Below, piece after piece: positions 11,606 to 20,259 of a stretch of 64,000 nucleotides of DNA. Under the pieces are notes generated by a model that saw nothing but the letters and a program-made list of their open reading frames with translations, had not been told where the DNA came from and did no database searches. The number at the start of each line of letters is the position of its first letter. The stretch's first letter is position 1. The position numbers and the translations under genes are program-made. Origin of the DNA: an uncultured Clostridia bacterium (lineage in GTDB: Bacteria > Bacillota > Clostridia > Christensenellales > Borkfalkiaceae); assembly GCA_934271735.1 (NCBI GenBank), contig CAKQSB010000005.1:86614-150613 (forward strand), written 5' to 3'.

Positions 11606-12838
11606 ATGAAAAATCTTAAAGGAAGATGCGTTTTCGCTCAATCGGGCGGACCTACCACGGTTATAAACGCGAGTATTGCGGGCGGACTTCTGGAGGCTCT
11701 CGACAGCGAAAACATCACGGGCGTTTTGTGCGCTCATCACGGAATAAAAGGCGTTCTGGACGAGGACTTTTTCGATATTTCGGCGGAAGACAGAGCCGAG
11801 TTGGAAGCTCTCAAATACACGCCCGCTTCGGCGTTCGGTTCGGTCAGATATAAGCTCAAAAATCCCGCCGAGGACGATTCCGATTATCGCAGAATTTTGG
11901 AGGTTTTCAAAAAATACGACGTTCGTTATTTTTTCTATAACGGCGGCAACGACAGTATGGATACCTGCGATAAAATCTCGAAATATATGCAGAAATCGGG
12001 TTACGATATGAACGTTATCGGTATTCCGAAAACAATCGATAACGACCTTTGCGGCACAGACCACTGCCCCGGCTACGGCAGCGCGGCGAAATACATAGCC
12101 AACTCCGTTATGGAAGTGAACAGAGACGCCGAGATTTACTATTCCCCGCTTGTCATAATCGTGGAGATTATGGGCAGAAACGCGGGCTGGCTCACCGCGG
12201 CAAGCAGACTTGCTTCCGTAAACGGCGACGGCGCCGACCTTATTTATCTTCCCGAAGTTCCTTTCTGTTACGAGAAATTTTTGAGAGACGTTAAAAAGGT
12301 AGTGGACGAAAAAAATCACTGCGTCGTAGCGGTTTCCGAGGGAATACGTTTTGCGGACGGCAGATACGTCGGCGAAGACGGCAGCTCGGTGGACGATTTC
12401 GGACATTCTCAGCTCGGCGGCGTTTGTTCGGCTTTGAAAGCGCAGGTCAAAACGCTCGGAATAAAGTGCAAGGCTATCGAACTTAACATTCTGCAACGCT
12501 GCGCGGCGCACTGCGCTTCGGAAACGGACATTGAGGAGTCATTTTCGGCAGGGCGTTATGCCGTTAAAAAAGCCATAGAAGGCGAAACCGACAAGATGAT
12601 CGGTTTTAGAAGAAAGGGCGGAAACAATTACGAAATCGAATACGTTGCCGAACCGCTTTCCTCCGCGGCGAACGCCGAAAAGAAAATCCCTGCCGAATGG
12701 ATAACGGAAGACGGCACGAGCCTTACCGAAGATTTTGTTTCCTATGCTCTTCCCCTTATTTCGGGCGAACCCAAACGCAGGCTCAAAAACGGACTTCCCG
12801 AATACGCAAAGCTTAAATTCGTAAAGATTAAGCTTTAA
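11606..12838 (+). CDS. Second phosphofructokinase paralog (long-form, possibly PPi-dependent).
   Basis: 410 aa. GGPTTVINAS, GGNDS and PKTIDNDL PFK-family motifs. Longer, divergent paralog directly after pfkA. Confidence 0.7.
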   Translation: MKNLKGRCVFAQSGGPTTVINASIAGGLLEALDSENITGVLCAHHGIKGVLDEDFFDISAEDRAELEALKYTPASAFGSVRYKLKNPAEDDSDYRRILEVFKKYDVRYFFYNGGNDSMDTCDKISKYMQKSGYDMNVIGIPKTIDNDLCGTDHCPGYGSAAKYIANSVMEVNRDAEIYYSPLVIIVEIMGRNAGWLTAASRLASVNGDGADLIYLPEVPFCYEKFLRDVKKVVDEKNHCVVAVSEGIRFADGRYVGEDGSSVDDFGHSQLGGVCSALKAQVKTLGIKCKAIELNILQRCAAHCASETDIEESFSAGRYAVKKAIEGETDKMIGFRRKGGNNYEIEYVAEPLSSAANAEKKIPAEWITEDGTSLTEDFVSYALPLISGEPKRRLKNGLPEYAKLKFVKIKL

Positions 12839-12845
12839 AAACTTA

Positions 12846-12862
12846 CCTATAAGTCGATTATC
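12846..12862 (+). repeat. Dispersed motif copy immediately 5' of the PFK/aspS terminator. A degenerate inverted partner (cgattatccgatttatata) lies 3' of the hairpin at about 12909-12928.
   Basis: cctataagtcgattatc. Confidence 0.7.
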
Positions 12863-12866
12863 ATAA

Positions 12867-12908
12867 TAAAACCCCGTCAAAGAGATTTTTCTCCCGACGG
12901 GGTTTTCT
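12867..12908. terminator. Bidirectional rho-independent terminator between convergent PFK-2 and aspS.
   Basis: aaaaccccgtc...gacggggtttt hairpin with an A-run 5' and a T-run 3'. Confidence 0.65.
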
Positions 12909-12956
12909 ATTGTTTCGATTATCCGATTTATATAACAGTAATTTTTGTTAAAACAA

Positions 12957-14759
12957 TCAGTCTTTTTTGACTTCGATATAAAGTTCGTCAAGCTGTTTCT
13001 GTTCTACGGGCGCGGGCGCGCTGCTCATGAGGCACGAAGCCGTCTGAACCTTCGGGAAGGCGATAACGTCTCTTATCGAATCGTCTTTGGACAAAAGCAT
13101 TGTGAGACGGTCTAAGCCGAAAGCAAGTCCGCCGTGCGGGGGCGCGCCGTAATTGAACGCGTCCACGAAAAAGCCGAATTTCTTTTCGATATCTTCCTCG
13201 GAAAAACCGAGAATATTGAACATCTTCTTCTGAATATCTCTCGAGTGAATACGGATAGAACCGCCGCCCGATTCCTGACCGTTGATAACAAGGTCGTAAG
13301 CTTTCGCTCTCGCTTTGGACGGATCTGTTTCGCAAAGCTCGAGATCCTCGTTCATAGGAGCGGTAAACGGGTGGTGAACCGCCATATAACGATTCTCCTC
13401 TTCCGACCATTCGAACATCGGGAACTCGGTTATCCACAAAATATCGTAAACGTCCTTATCGATAAGTCCGTGTTTGTCCGCAATCATAAGACGGATTCCG
13501 CCGAGCGTGTTGAACACGACATAATCCTTATCCGCCGCAAAGAATAAAACGTCGCCCTCTTCAAAGTTCATTCTCGCCTTTATGTTTTCGATATCCGTCG
13601 GCGTGACGAATTTTGCGAACGACGATTTGATTTCGCCGCCGTTTGCCCAAGTCATCCAGCAAAGCCCTTTCGCTCCGAGCGTTTTTGCGTACTCGACGGT
13701 AGCGTCAAGCTCTTTTCTCGAGAATTTGTCGGCTAAACCTTTGGCGTTGATAGCTCTCACGCTACCTCTGATAGGTCCGATTTCGATTTTCAAAGCGTCC
13801 GCGAAAACCTTGAATTCCGATTTTGCGAACAAATCCGAGCAATTAACGATTTTCAAACCGAATCTTGTGTCGGGCTTGTCCGAACCGTAATTCTCCATAG
13901 CCTCGCGGTAAGTCATCGTTCTGAAATGTCCGTCGCCGAGATCTAAGCCTATCGCGCTTTTGAAAATGTTTTTGATAAGCCCCTCGATCGGGTACATAAC
14001 GTCTTCGATTTCCTCTACGAAGCTCATCTCGACGTCTATCTGAGTAAATTCCGGCTGACGATTGGCTCTCAAATCCTCGTCGCGGAAACATTTGGTTATC
14101 TGATAATATCTGTCGAAACCCGCAATCATTAAAAGCTGCTTATAAAGCTGGGGAGACTGCGGCAACGCGTAAAAACACCCTTCGTGAACCCTTGACGGAA
14201 CGAGATAGTCTCTCGCGCCCTCGGGGGTCGACCTTCCGAGCATAGGCGTTTCCACCTCGACAAATCCGTTGTCGTCGAAAAATCTTCTTGCGGCTTTGGT
14301 TATCTCGTTTCTCAAAAACAGGTTTTTCTGCAAAGAAGGTCTTCTTAAATCGAGATATCTGTATTTTAAGCGAAGGGTTTCGTTGACGTTGGAATCGTCC
14401 AGAATTTCGAACGGCGTGGTGTCCGCCTCGGCAAGAATTTTAAGCTCGTCGGCAAGAATTTCGATCTCGCCCGTTGCGATTTTGTTTGTTTTGCTTTCTC
14501 TTTCTCTAACTTTTCCCTTAACCGCGAGAACGTATTCCGAACGGATATTCTGCGCTTTTTCAAAAACCGCTTTATCCGTCGTATCGTCGAAAACGACCTG
14601 AACGAGACCCGTTTTATCGCGAAGATCGACGAAAATAAGCGAGCCGAGATTTCTTCTTCTCTGCGTCCAGCCCATAACCGTAACTTCTTTTCCCGCGTCC
14701 GCGCTACGAAGCGTTCCGCACATCGAAGTACGCCTTAAATCACCCATAAATTCTGACAT
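12957..14759 (-). CDS. aspS: Aspartate--tRNA ligase.
   Basis: 600 aa. Class II aaRS motifs, N-terminal OB anticodon-binding domain, and the GAD insertion typical of bacterial AspRS. Confidence 0.95.
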   Translation of the reverse strand: MSEFMGDLRRTSMCGTLRSADAGKEVTVMGWTQRRRNLGSLIFVDLRDKTGLVQVVFDDTTDKAVFEKAQNIRSEYVLAVKGKVRERESKTNKIATGEIEILADELKILAEADTTPFEILDDSNVNETLRLKYRYLDLRRPSLQKNLFLRNEITKAARRFFDDNGFVEVETPMLGRSTPEGARDYLVPSRVHEGCFYALPQSPQLYKQLLMIAGFDRYYQITKCFRDEDLRANRQPEFTQIDVEMSFVEEIEDVMYPIEGLIKNIFKSAIGLDLGDGHFRTMTYREAMENYGSDKPDTRFGLKIVNCSDLFAKSEFKVFADALKIEIGPIRGSVRAINAKGLADKFSRKELDATVEYAKTLGAKGLCWMTWANGGEIKSSFAKFVTPTDIENIKARMNFEEGDVLFFAADKDYVVFNTLGGIRLMIADKHGLIDKDVYDILWITEFPMFEWSEEENRYMAVHHPFTAPMNEDLELCETDPSKARAKAYDLVINGQESGGGSIRIHSRDIQKKMFNILGFSEEDIEKKFGFFVDAFNYGAPPHGGLAFGLDRLTMLLSKDDSIRDVIAFPKVQTASCLMSSAPAPVEQKQLDELYIEVKKD

Positions 14760-14910
14760 ATGTATTTCTCCGTTTTAAGGTCTCCGAATTTAGCTCGGCA
14801 GACCTTGCGTATACGATTATTCTAAACTTTTAGGAGAAAAATGTCAACGAATATTTTGAGATATTAGAATATATATGTAAAATTTACGCTGTCGGCGGAT
14901 ATTTTCGGAC

Positions 14911-15993
14911 CTACTCGTATACTCTTTCGAATCGTTTAAGCCCCGTAAGGATTTCGTAGGAAATCGTACCGCAGGCGTTCGCCATATCTTCGGCGGTAAG
15001 CGTTTTTCCGCCCTGACTGCCGATAAAAACCACCTCGTCGCCCGCTTTAACGCTTTTGTCAACCAACGCGAAACAATAGTCCATACAAACGCTGCCGACG
15101 ATTTTCCGTCTTTTTCCGCCGACAAGAACGTTTCCGCCGGTAAACTTACGCAAAATTCCGTCCCCGTAGCCCGCGGAAACCGTAGCTATATAACAATCTT
15201 TTTCGGCGATAAATTTTCCGCCGTAACCGACCGTCTCGCCCTTTTTAACTTTCGCCGCCCTCGAAACGTAGCTTTTCAGCGTAAGGCACGGTTTAACGCC
15301 CGCCGCGCCGTAGCCGTAAATCCCGATCCCGAAGCGCACCATATCGAAACGATATTTTTCTTCGACAAACTCCGCCGTGGAAGAAATATGTTTTATCGCG
15401 CCCGAAAAATTTTCGTCGCCGAGCTTTAAAAACGATAAGAATTTTTCATACTGCTTTTCGTTTCTCGCCTTATTCTCCCCGTCGAAAAAATGCGAATAAA
15501 CGCCCTTTATCGTCACCGTTCGGCATAAATTGACCGCGTTAATCGACTTATAGACGGCTTTTTCGGTTTTAATCCCCATTCGGTTCATACCCGTATCGAG
15601 ACATATATGCACGTATGCCGAAACGTTCATATCTTCACTTACGCGTATAATTTCGTTAAGCTCGGAAGGTGATGAAACACTGATTTCGATTTTCTTTAAA
15701 ATACATCTTCCGATTTCTTTCCCCGTAACTCTCGCAAGGCATAAAATCGGCTTAGCCGTTATTTCCCTCGCCCTTTCCGCTTCTTCGAGGGTTGCCGTAA
15801 CGAAATAATCGGCGGAACTTTCCAGAGCTTTGATAACTTCTCTTTCGCCGTGACCGTAAGCGTCGGCTTTAACGACGGCGGCAGAGAGAACGCCGCGCGG
15901 AAGTTTCGACTTCAACAAATCGAAATTATAAACAAGATTTTTTAAATTTATACAGATTTTACCCCTCATACTCTTCCCGAAAATCACATTCAA
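14911..15993 (-). CDS. alr: Alanine racemase.
   Basis: 360 aa. VVKADAYGHG PLP-lysine motif. Confidence 0.9.
   Translation of the reverse strand: MNVIFGKSMRGKICINLKNLVYNFDLLKSKLPRGVLSAAVVKADAYGHGEREVIKALESSADYFVTATLEEAERAREITAKPILCLARVTGKEIGRCILKKIEISVSSPSELNEIIRVSEDMNVSAYVHICLDTGMNRMGIKTEKAVYKSINAVNLCRTVTIKGVYSHFFDGENKARNEKQYEKFLSFLKLGDENFSGAIKHISSTAEFVEEKYRFDMVRFGIGIYGYGAAGVKPCLTLKSYVSRAAKVKKGETVGYGGKFIAEKDCYIATVSAGYGDGILRKFTGGNVLVGGKRRKIVGSVCMDYCFALVDKSVKAGDEVVFIGSQGGKTLTAEDMANACGTISYEILTGLKRFERVYE
15535..15558 (-). repeat. Dispersed motif copy inside the alr coding sequence, in-frame Y-K-S-I-N.
   Basis: Plus strand cgcgttaatcgacttatagacggc. The gene reads gcc gtc tat aag tcg att aac. Confidence 0.7.
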
Positions 15994-16104
15994 ATGCCGA
16001 ATAAATCGCTTTTAAGAACATATCTCCCGCTCTTCGCTTTACATCGGCAAAAAAATGCTATATAATAATGCTATACAATATATTTATTATCGACGAGGTG
16101 AAAT

Positions 16105-17388
16105 ATGAATTTACTTACGGAATTTCTCGATAAATCGAAAACGGCTTTCCATGCCGTGAAACTCGGCACGGAAAAACTTATAAAAGAAGGCTTTGCGGAG
16201 CTTAAAGAAAACGAAAAATGGAACGTAAAAAAAGGCGGGAAATATTTCGTCACGAGGAACGGTTCTGCTTTAATCGCGTTCGTTATCGGCGGAGAGGACT
16301 CGTTCAATATAGTAGCTTCGCACGGGGATTCGCCATGCTTTAAAATCAAAGCAAACCCCGAAATAAAAAGTGACAATTACGAAAAATTGAATGTTGAAAG
16401 ATACGGCGGCGGGATATTTTATTCCTGGCTCGATACGCCTTTAACCATTGCGGGAAGAGTTATCATTTCGCGCGATAACGAACTTATAGCGCGGGTTTTC
16501 ACTTCCGATCACAAGTTTGTTATCCCCTCTGTGGCGATACATTTCAACCGCTCCGTGAACGACGGATTAAAGCTCAATCCCCAGACGGATATGTCGCCGA
16601 TAACCGACATTTTAAACGGCGCGGTAAGCGGAAAAGAACTTCAAAATGAGCTTGAAAAGTTCGCGGGAGACGGAAAAGTCGTCGATTACGATCTTTACGT
16701 GGTGTCCGCCGAAAAACCGTTCTTTGCGGGATTTAAAGACGAGTTTTTGTGCAGCCCGAGAATAGACAACCTCACGAGCGCGTTTTCTTCTCTCGAAGCC
16801 CTTTGCAAAGCCGATCCGAAGGAAATCGCCGTTTGCTATGTAGCGGATAACGAAGAAGTCGGGAGCGGCACGAAACAAGGCGCGGCATCTAAATTTTTGT
16901 TCGACGTTTTAAAAAGAATCGCCGTTTGTCTCGGCAAAGAAAACGACATCGACGAAATGCTTGCAAGCTCCTTTGTCGTTTCCGACGACAACGCGCACGC
17001 CGTTCACCCCAACCACCCCGAATATTCCGACCCGACAAACAGAGTCAAGCTCGGCGAAGGTATAGTCGTTAAGCACCACGCAAATCAGAATTACACGACG
17101 GACGCATATTCTTCCTCGATAATAAAGCGCATTTTCGATAACGCGAACGTTAAATATCAGGATTTTTACACCCGTTCGGATATGCCCTGCGGCGGAACGC
17201 TCGGCGCGATAAGCTCCTCGCAGGTTTCGATCAAGAGCGTGGATATCGGTATTGCTCAGCTTGCCATGCACTCTTCCATAGAGACTATGGCAGCCGCAGA
17301 CTATGAAACCGCAGTCCGCGGATTAACTGCTTTTTATAACGCGAAAATAGTTTCCGACGGCGATTCTTTCGTTAAAATAATTTATTGA
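16105..17388 (+). CDS. M18/M42-type aminopeptidase (aspartyl aminopeptidase-like).
   Basis: 427 aa. Length and motif pattern of M18 aminopeptidases (HGDSPCFKIK, metal-binding His/Asp/Glu positions). Confidence 0.7.
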   Translation: MNLLTEFLDKSKTAFHAVKLGTEKLIKEGFAELKENEKWNVKKGGKYFVTRNGSALIAFVIGGEDSFNIVASHGDSPCFKIKANPEIKSDNYEKLNVERYGGGIFYSWLDTPLTIAGRVIISRDNELIARVFTSDHKFVIPSVAIHFNRSVNDGLKLNPQTDMSPITDILNGAVSGKELQNELEKFAGDGKVVDYDLYVVSAEKPFFAGFKDEFLCSPRIDNLTSAFSSLEALCKADPKEIAVCYVADNEEVGSGTKQGAASKFLFDVLKRIAVCLGKENDIDEMLASSFVVSDDNAHAVHPNHPEYSDPTNRVKLGEGIVVKHHANQNYTTDAYSSSIIKRIFDNANVKYQDFYTRSDMPCGGTLGAISSSQVSIKSVDIGIAQLAMHSSIETMAAADYETAVRGLTAFYNAKIVSDGDSFVKIIY

Positions 17389-17408
17389 GGCTTTTGATTA
17401 TAATAAAC

Positions 17409-17456
17409 ATGCGCCCGCTCCTCTCGGATTTTGCCGAAAAAGGTCGGGCGCATTTT
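17409..17456 (+). terminator. Hairpin (atgcgcccg / cgggcgcat) followed by ttttgttg. Probable terminator of the aminopeptidase gene.
   Basis: Inverted repeat plus T-run read directly. Confidence 0.45.
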
Positions 17457-17459
17457 GTT

Positions 17460-17630
17460 GTTTCTTGCCGTCGGATTATGTCGTTTTTTGTTGTCGTTAT
17501 TTGCAGATTTTTGCTGTCGCAACATGTCGCAATATACCGTCGTATTATGTCGTTTCACGCCGTCGGGATTTGCAATATTCTGCCGTCGAAGCTTGTCATA
17601 ATACGCCGTCGGGATTTGCCGTTTTCCGCC
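17460..17630. repeat. Degenerate tandem direct repeats with a 23 bp period (about 5-7 units), core (G/C)CCGTCGG(G)ATT(A/T)TG.
   Basis: Four contiguous units at 17535/17558/17581/17604 and a further unit at 17465. Lies between convergent aminopeptidase and mmcQ-like genes. ORFs crossing it are low-complexity. Confidence 0.6.
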
Positions 17631-17632
17631 GC

Positions 17633-18019
17633 TTATTCTTTCCGCCGTTTAGCCGCAGGCGTTTTTTTCGCATCGGTAAGCTCAAAACTTATATCGACGA
17701 GCATTTTTAGCTTGTTTTCGTCCGTTTTGTCGATATAAACGGACAACCAGTGGGTTTTATTCATATGATATGCCCGAAAAATCGTTTTGTTGTCTACGAT
17801 TTCGTCTATCATAAACGGTTCGCATTTAAGATTTATTATATCCACGTCCCGACCAAGCTCAAGCCCGAGTCTACCCGCAAAAACGGGCATAATGAGAGCG
17901 AACCATTTCTTGTTCGACGGGTGGCGAAAAACGGAAAAATCCGGCGAATCGAGCCACGGATTTTCCTCGGTTGTGATATAATTATTTAAAATATATTCTG
18001 TCAGCTTTGTTCTGTCCAT
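17633..18019 (-). CDS. MmcQ/YjbR family DNA-binding protein.
   Basis: 128 aa. Family-typical size and KWFAL-containing N-terminal region. Recognised from memory of the family, moderate certainty. Confidence 0.55.
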   Translation of the reverse strand: MDRTKLTEYILNNYITTEENPWLDSPDFSVFRHPSNKKWFALIMPVFAGRLGLELGRDVDIINLKCEPFMIDEIVDNKTIFRAYHMNKTHWLSVYIDKTDENKLKMLVDISFELTDAKKTPAAKRRKE

Positions 18020-18023
18020 AAAT

Positions 18024-20036
18024 TTAATTTAATGTTACGTCTTTAAGTTTTTCGTATTTTTCCATAGCGGCTTGCCGCAACGCGTTCAAGTCCTCGGGGT
18101 GAGTAAAAGCTTCGTCGCACAGTTTTTTCGCCGAGAAAATAACCGTCGGGGAATAAACGAGATCGCCTAAATCGCTTAAAAACTTTCCGCTTTGTCTCGT
18201 ACCCATAAAATCGCCGCTGCCGCGCATTTCGAAATCTTTTTCGGCAATTTTGAAACCGTCCGCGGACGAGCAAAGAACTTTCAGCCTTTCGAGAGCTTTT
18301 TCGTCGTCCGAGCGGGTGAAAAGGAAACAGTAACTCTTGTCCGAGCCTCTCCCCACTCTTCCCCTTAACTGGTGAAGCTGGGAAAGCCCGAAACGCTCGG
18401 CGTTATAAATAACCATAACCGTCGCGTCCGGAACGTCTATGCCGACTTCTACGACCGTCGTGGAAACAAGCACGTCTATATTTTTGCCTTTGAACTCTTC
18501 CATTATCCGCGTTTTTTCCGCGTCCTTCATTTTGCCGTGCAAAAGCCCGACCCGAATGCCTTTCAAAGCCGATGAAAATTCCTCGAAAAGCTCGGTTACG
18601 CTCATAAGCGTGCCTTCCTCGTCCTCGTCTATCTTCGGACAAACGCAAAACGCCTGCTTGCCCGCTTTAACCGTGTCGCGGATAAAGCCGAGCATACCCT
18701 CGTATTTACGTTCGGGAACGAGAAAAGTAGCCACGGGAAGCCGATTTTTCGGTTTGTCCTTTATCTCGGTTATGTCGAGATCACCGTAAAAAATAAGCGA
18801 AACGGTTCTTGGGATAGGCGTCGCGCTCATTACGAGAACGTCCGGGATAATGCCTTTCGCTACGAGCGCGCTTCTCTGTCCCACGCCGAAACGGTGCTGT
18901 TCGTCGCACACGCACATCGAGAGATTGTAAAACTCCACGTCGCTCTGAATAACGGCGTGCGTACCGACGACGATTTTCGCTTCGCCCGATTTTATTTTCG
19001 CCTTTATTGCTTTTTTTTCGGCAAGTTTAGTAGAACCGCTGAGAAAAACAATCTCATAATCGGGAAACAATCTCGAAATTATCCTGTAATTCTGTTCGGC
19101 GAGGATTTCCGTCGGCGCAAGCATAGTAGCTTGATAACCGCTTTTAACGGCGAAAAACAGCGCGCACAAAGCTACCGCCGTTTTACCGCTGCCGACGTCG
19201 CCCTGAAGAAGTCTGTTCATCGAACGCGGACTTGTCAGGTCTTTATAAATTTCGTTCACGGCGTTTTTCTGCCCGTCCGTGAACTCGAATCCGAAACGGG
19301 AAATAAACTCCCTTAAATCCGCTGCCGAACAGGAATATTGATTTATTCTGACCTGCTGGCGGTCGCCTTTTATAAATCTGAACGCCGAAACGAGCGTGAA
19401 ATATTCCTCTAAGGCAATTCTTTCCGCCGCCGAACGCATAATTTGCTCGTCCGAGGGGGCGTGAACGTCTATATAAGCCGTTTTGAGGTTTTCGAGGTCG
19501 TATTTTTTTGCGAGTTTCTGCGGAATCACGCTGTTTATTTCGAGAGAAAAAATCGCGCTTTTTATGGCGTCTCTCATAACTTTTTGGGAAAGATTTCCCT
19601 TAACCGTGTAAACGGGAACGATACCTTTTAAGCGCACGTTGTTATCGAGCGGCTCGAACGACGGATTTATAATCGAAACGCCGCCGAAATCGGTTTTCAC
19701 GCGCCCGTAAAAAAGGTATTCCTCGCCTATTTTCAAATGGCTCATAACGTACGGCTGATTGAACCATACGGCGGTGAAACCTCTTATGCCCTGTTCAACG
19801 GCAACCCTTACGCATTTTATTTTCCTTGCCGAAGTGAACATTTTCGGAACGGTAAGAAGTCTGCCGCAAGTAAGCACGATATCGTTATTATAGCATTTTT
19901 CGAGCGGAGTTATCTTCCTTAAATCGAGATAATTGCGCGGAAAATGCTTAATCAAATCTTCGGGCGTTAAAATATTCAGTTTTTTAAGGTCTTCGGCGCG
20001 CTTGTCGCTTATGCCTTTTATATCCGTAACTTTCAT
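18024..20036 (-). CDS. recG: ATP-dependent DNA helicase RecG.
   Basis: GDVGSGKT Walker A, DEQHRFG DEAH box, and N-terminal wedge domain. The listed ORF extends to 20081, but the internal Met (MKVTDIKG) at 20036 is the more plausible start and leaves the 31 bp repeats intergenic. Confidence 0.9.
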   Translation of the reverse strand: MKVTDIKGISDKRAEDLKKLNILTPEDLIKHFPRNYLDLRKITPLEKCYNNDIVLTCGRLLTVPKMFTSARKIKCVRVAVEQGIRGFTAVWFNQPYVMSHLKIGEEYLFYGRVKTDFGGVSIINPSFEPLDNNVRLKGIVPVYTVKGNLSQKVMRDAIKSAIFSLEINSVIPQKLAKKYDLENLKTAYIDVHAPSDEQIMRSAAERIALEEYFTLVSAFRFIKGDRQQVRINQYSCSAADLREFISRFGFEFTDGQKNAVNEIYKDLTSPRSMNRLLQGDVGSGKTAVALCALFFAVKSGYQATMLAPTEILAEQNYRIISRLFPDYEIVFLSGSTKLAEKKAIKAKIKSGEAKIVVGTHAVIQSDVEFYNLSMCVCDEQHRFGVGQRSALVAKGIIPDVLVMSATPIPRTVSLIFYGDLDITEIKDKPKNRLPVATFLVPERKYEGMLGFIRDTVKAGKQAFCVCPKIDEDEEGTLMSVTELFEEFSSALKGIRVGLLHGKMKDAEKTRIMEEFKGKNIDVLVSTTVVEVGIDVPDATVMVIYNAERFGLSQLHQLRGRVGRGSDKSYCFLFTRSDDEKALERLKVLCSSADGFKIAEKDFEMRGSGDFMGTRQSGKFLSDLGDLVYSPTVIFSAKKLCDEAFTHPEDLNALRQAAMEKYEKLKDVTLN

Positions 20037-20058
20037 TTTTTCGTCCTTTAAATTTTGC

Positions 20059-20150
20059 CCGAAAGCAGTTGCCCTCCGCAAACTTTTGTCCGAAAGCAGT
20101 TGCCCTTCGCAAACTTTTGTCCGAAAGCGATTGCTCTCCGCAAATAAAAC
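20059..20150. repeat. 3 x 31 bp tandem direct repeat (ccgaaagcagttgccctccgcaaacttttgt) in the yloV-recG spacer, in the recG leader.
   Basis: Units at 20059-20089 and 20090-20120 are near identical. The third unit (20121-20150) is degenerate. Confidence 0.7.
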
Positions 20151-20259
20151 AAAAAGCTTTCTTCGCCGAACACGGAGAAAGCCTTAATTAAACCGTAATT
20201 TAACGGCAAAATTTTCGTTGATAAAATTTTAAACTCGTTTAAGCCAAAGCAGAAAAAAT

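Noticed and set aside
17385-17738. ORFs of 117 and 81 aa across the 23 bp repeat array.
   Set aside because: Repeat-driven Arg-rich low-complexity translation in a convergent intergenic region. Not credible coding.
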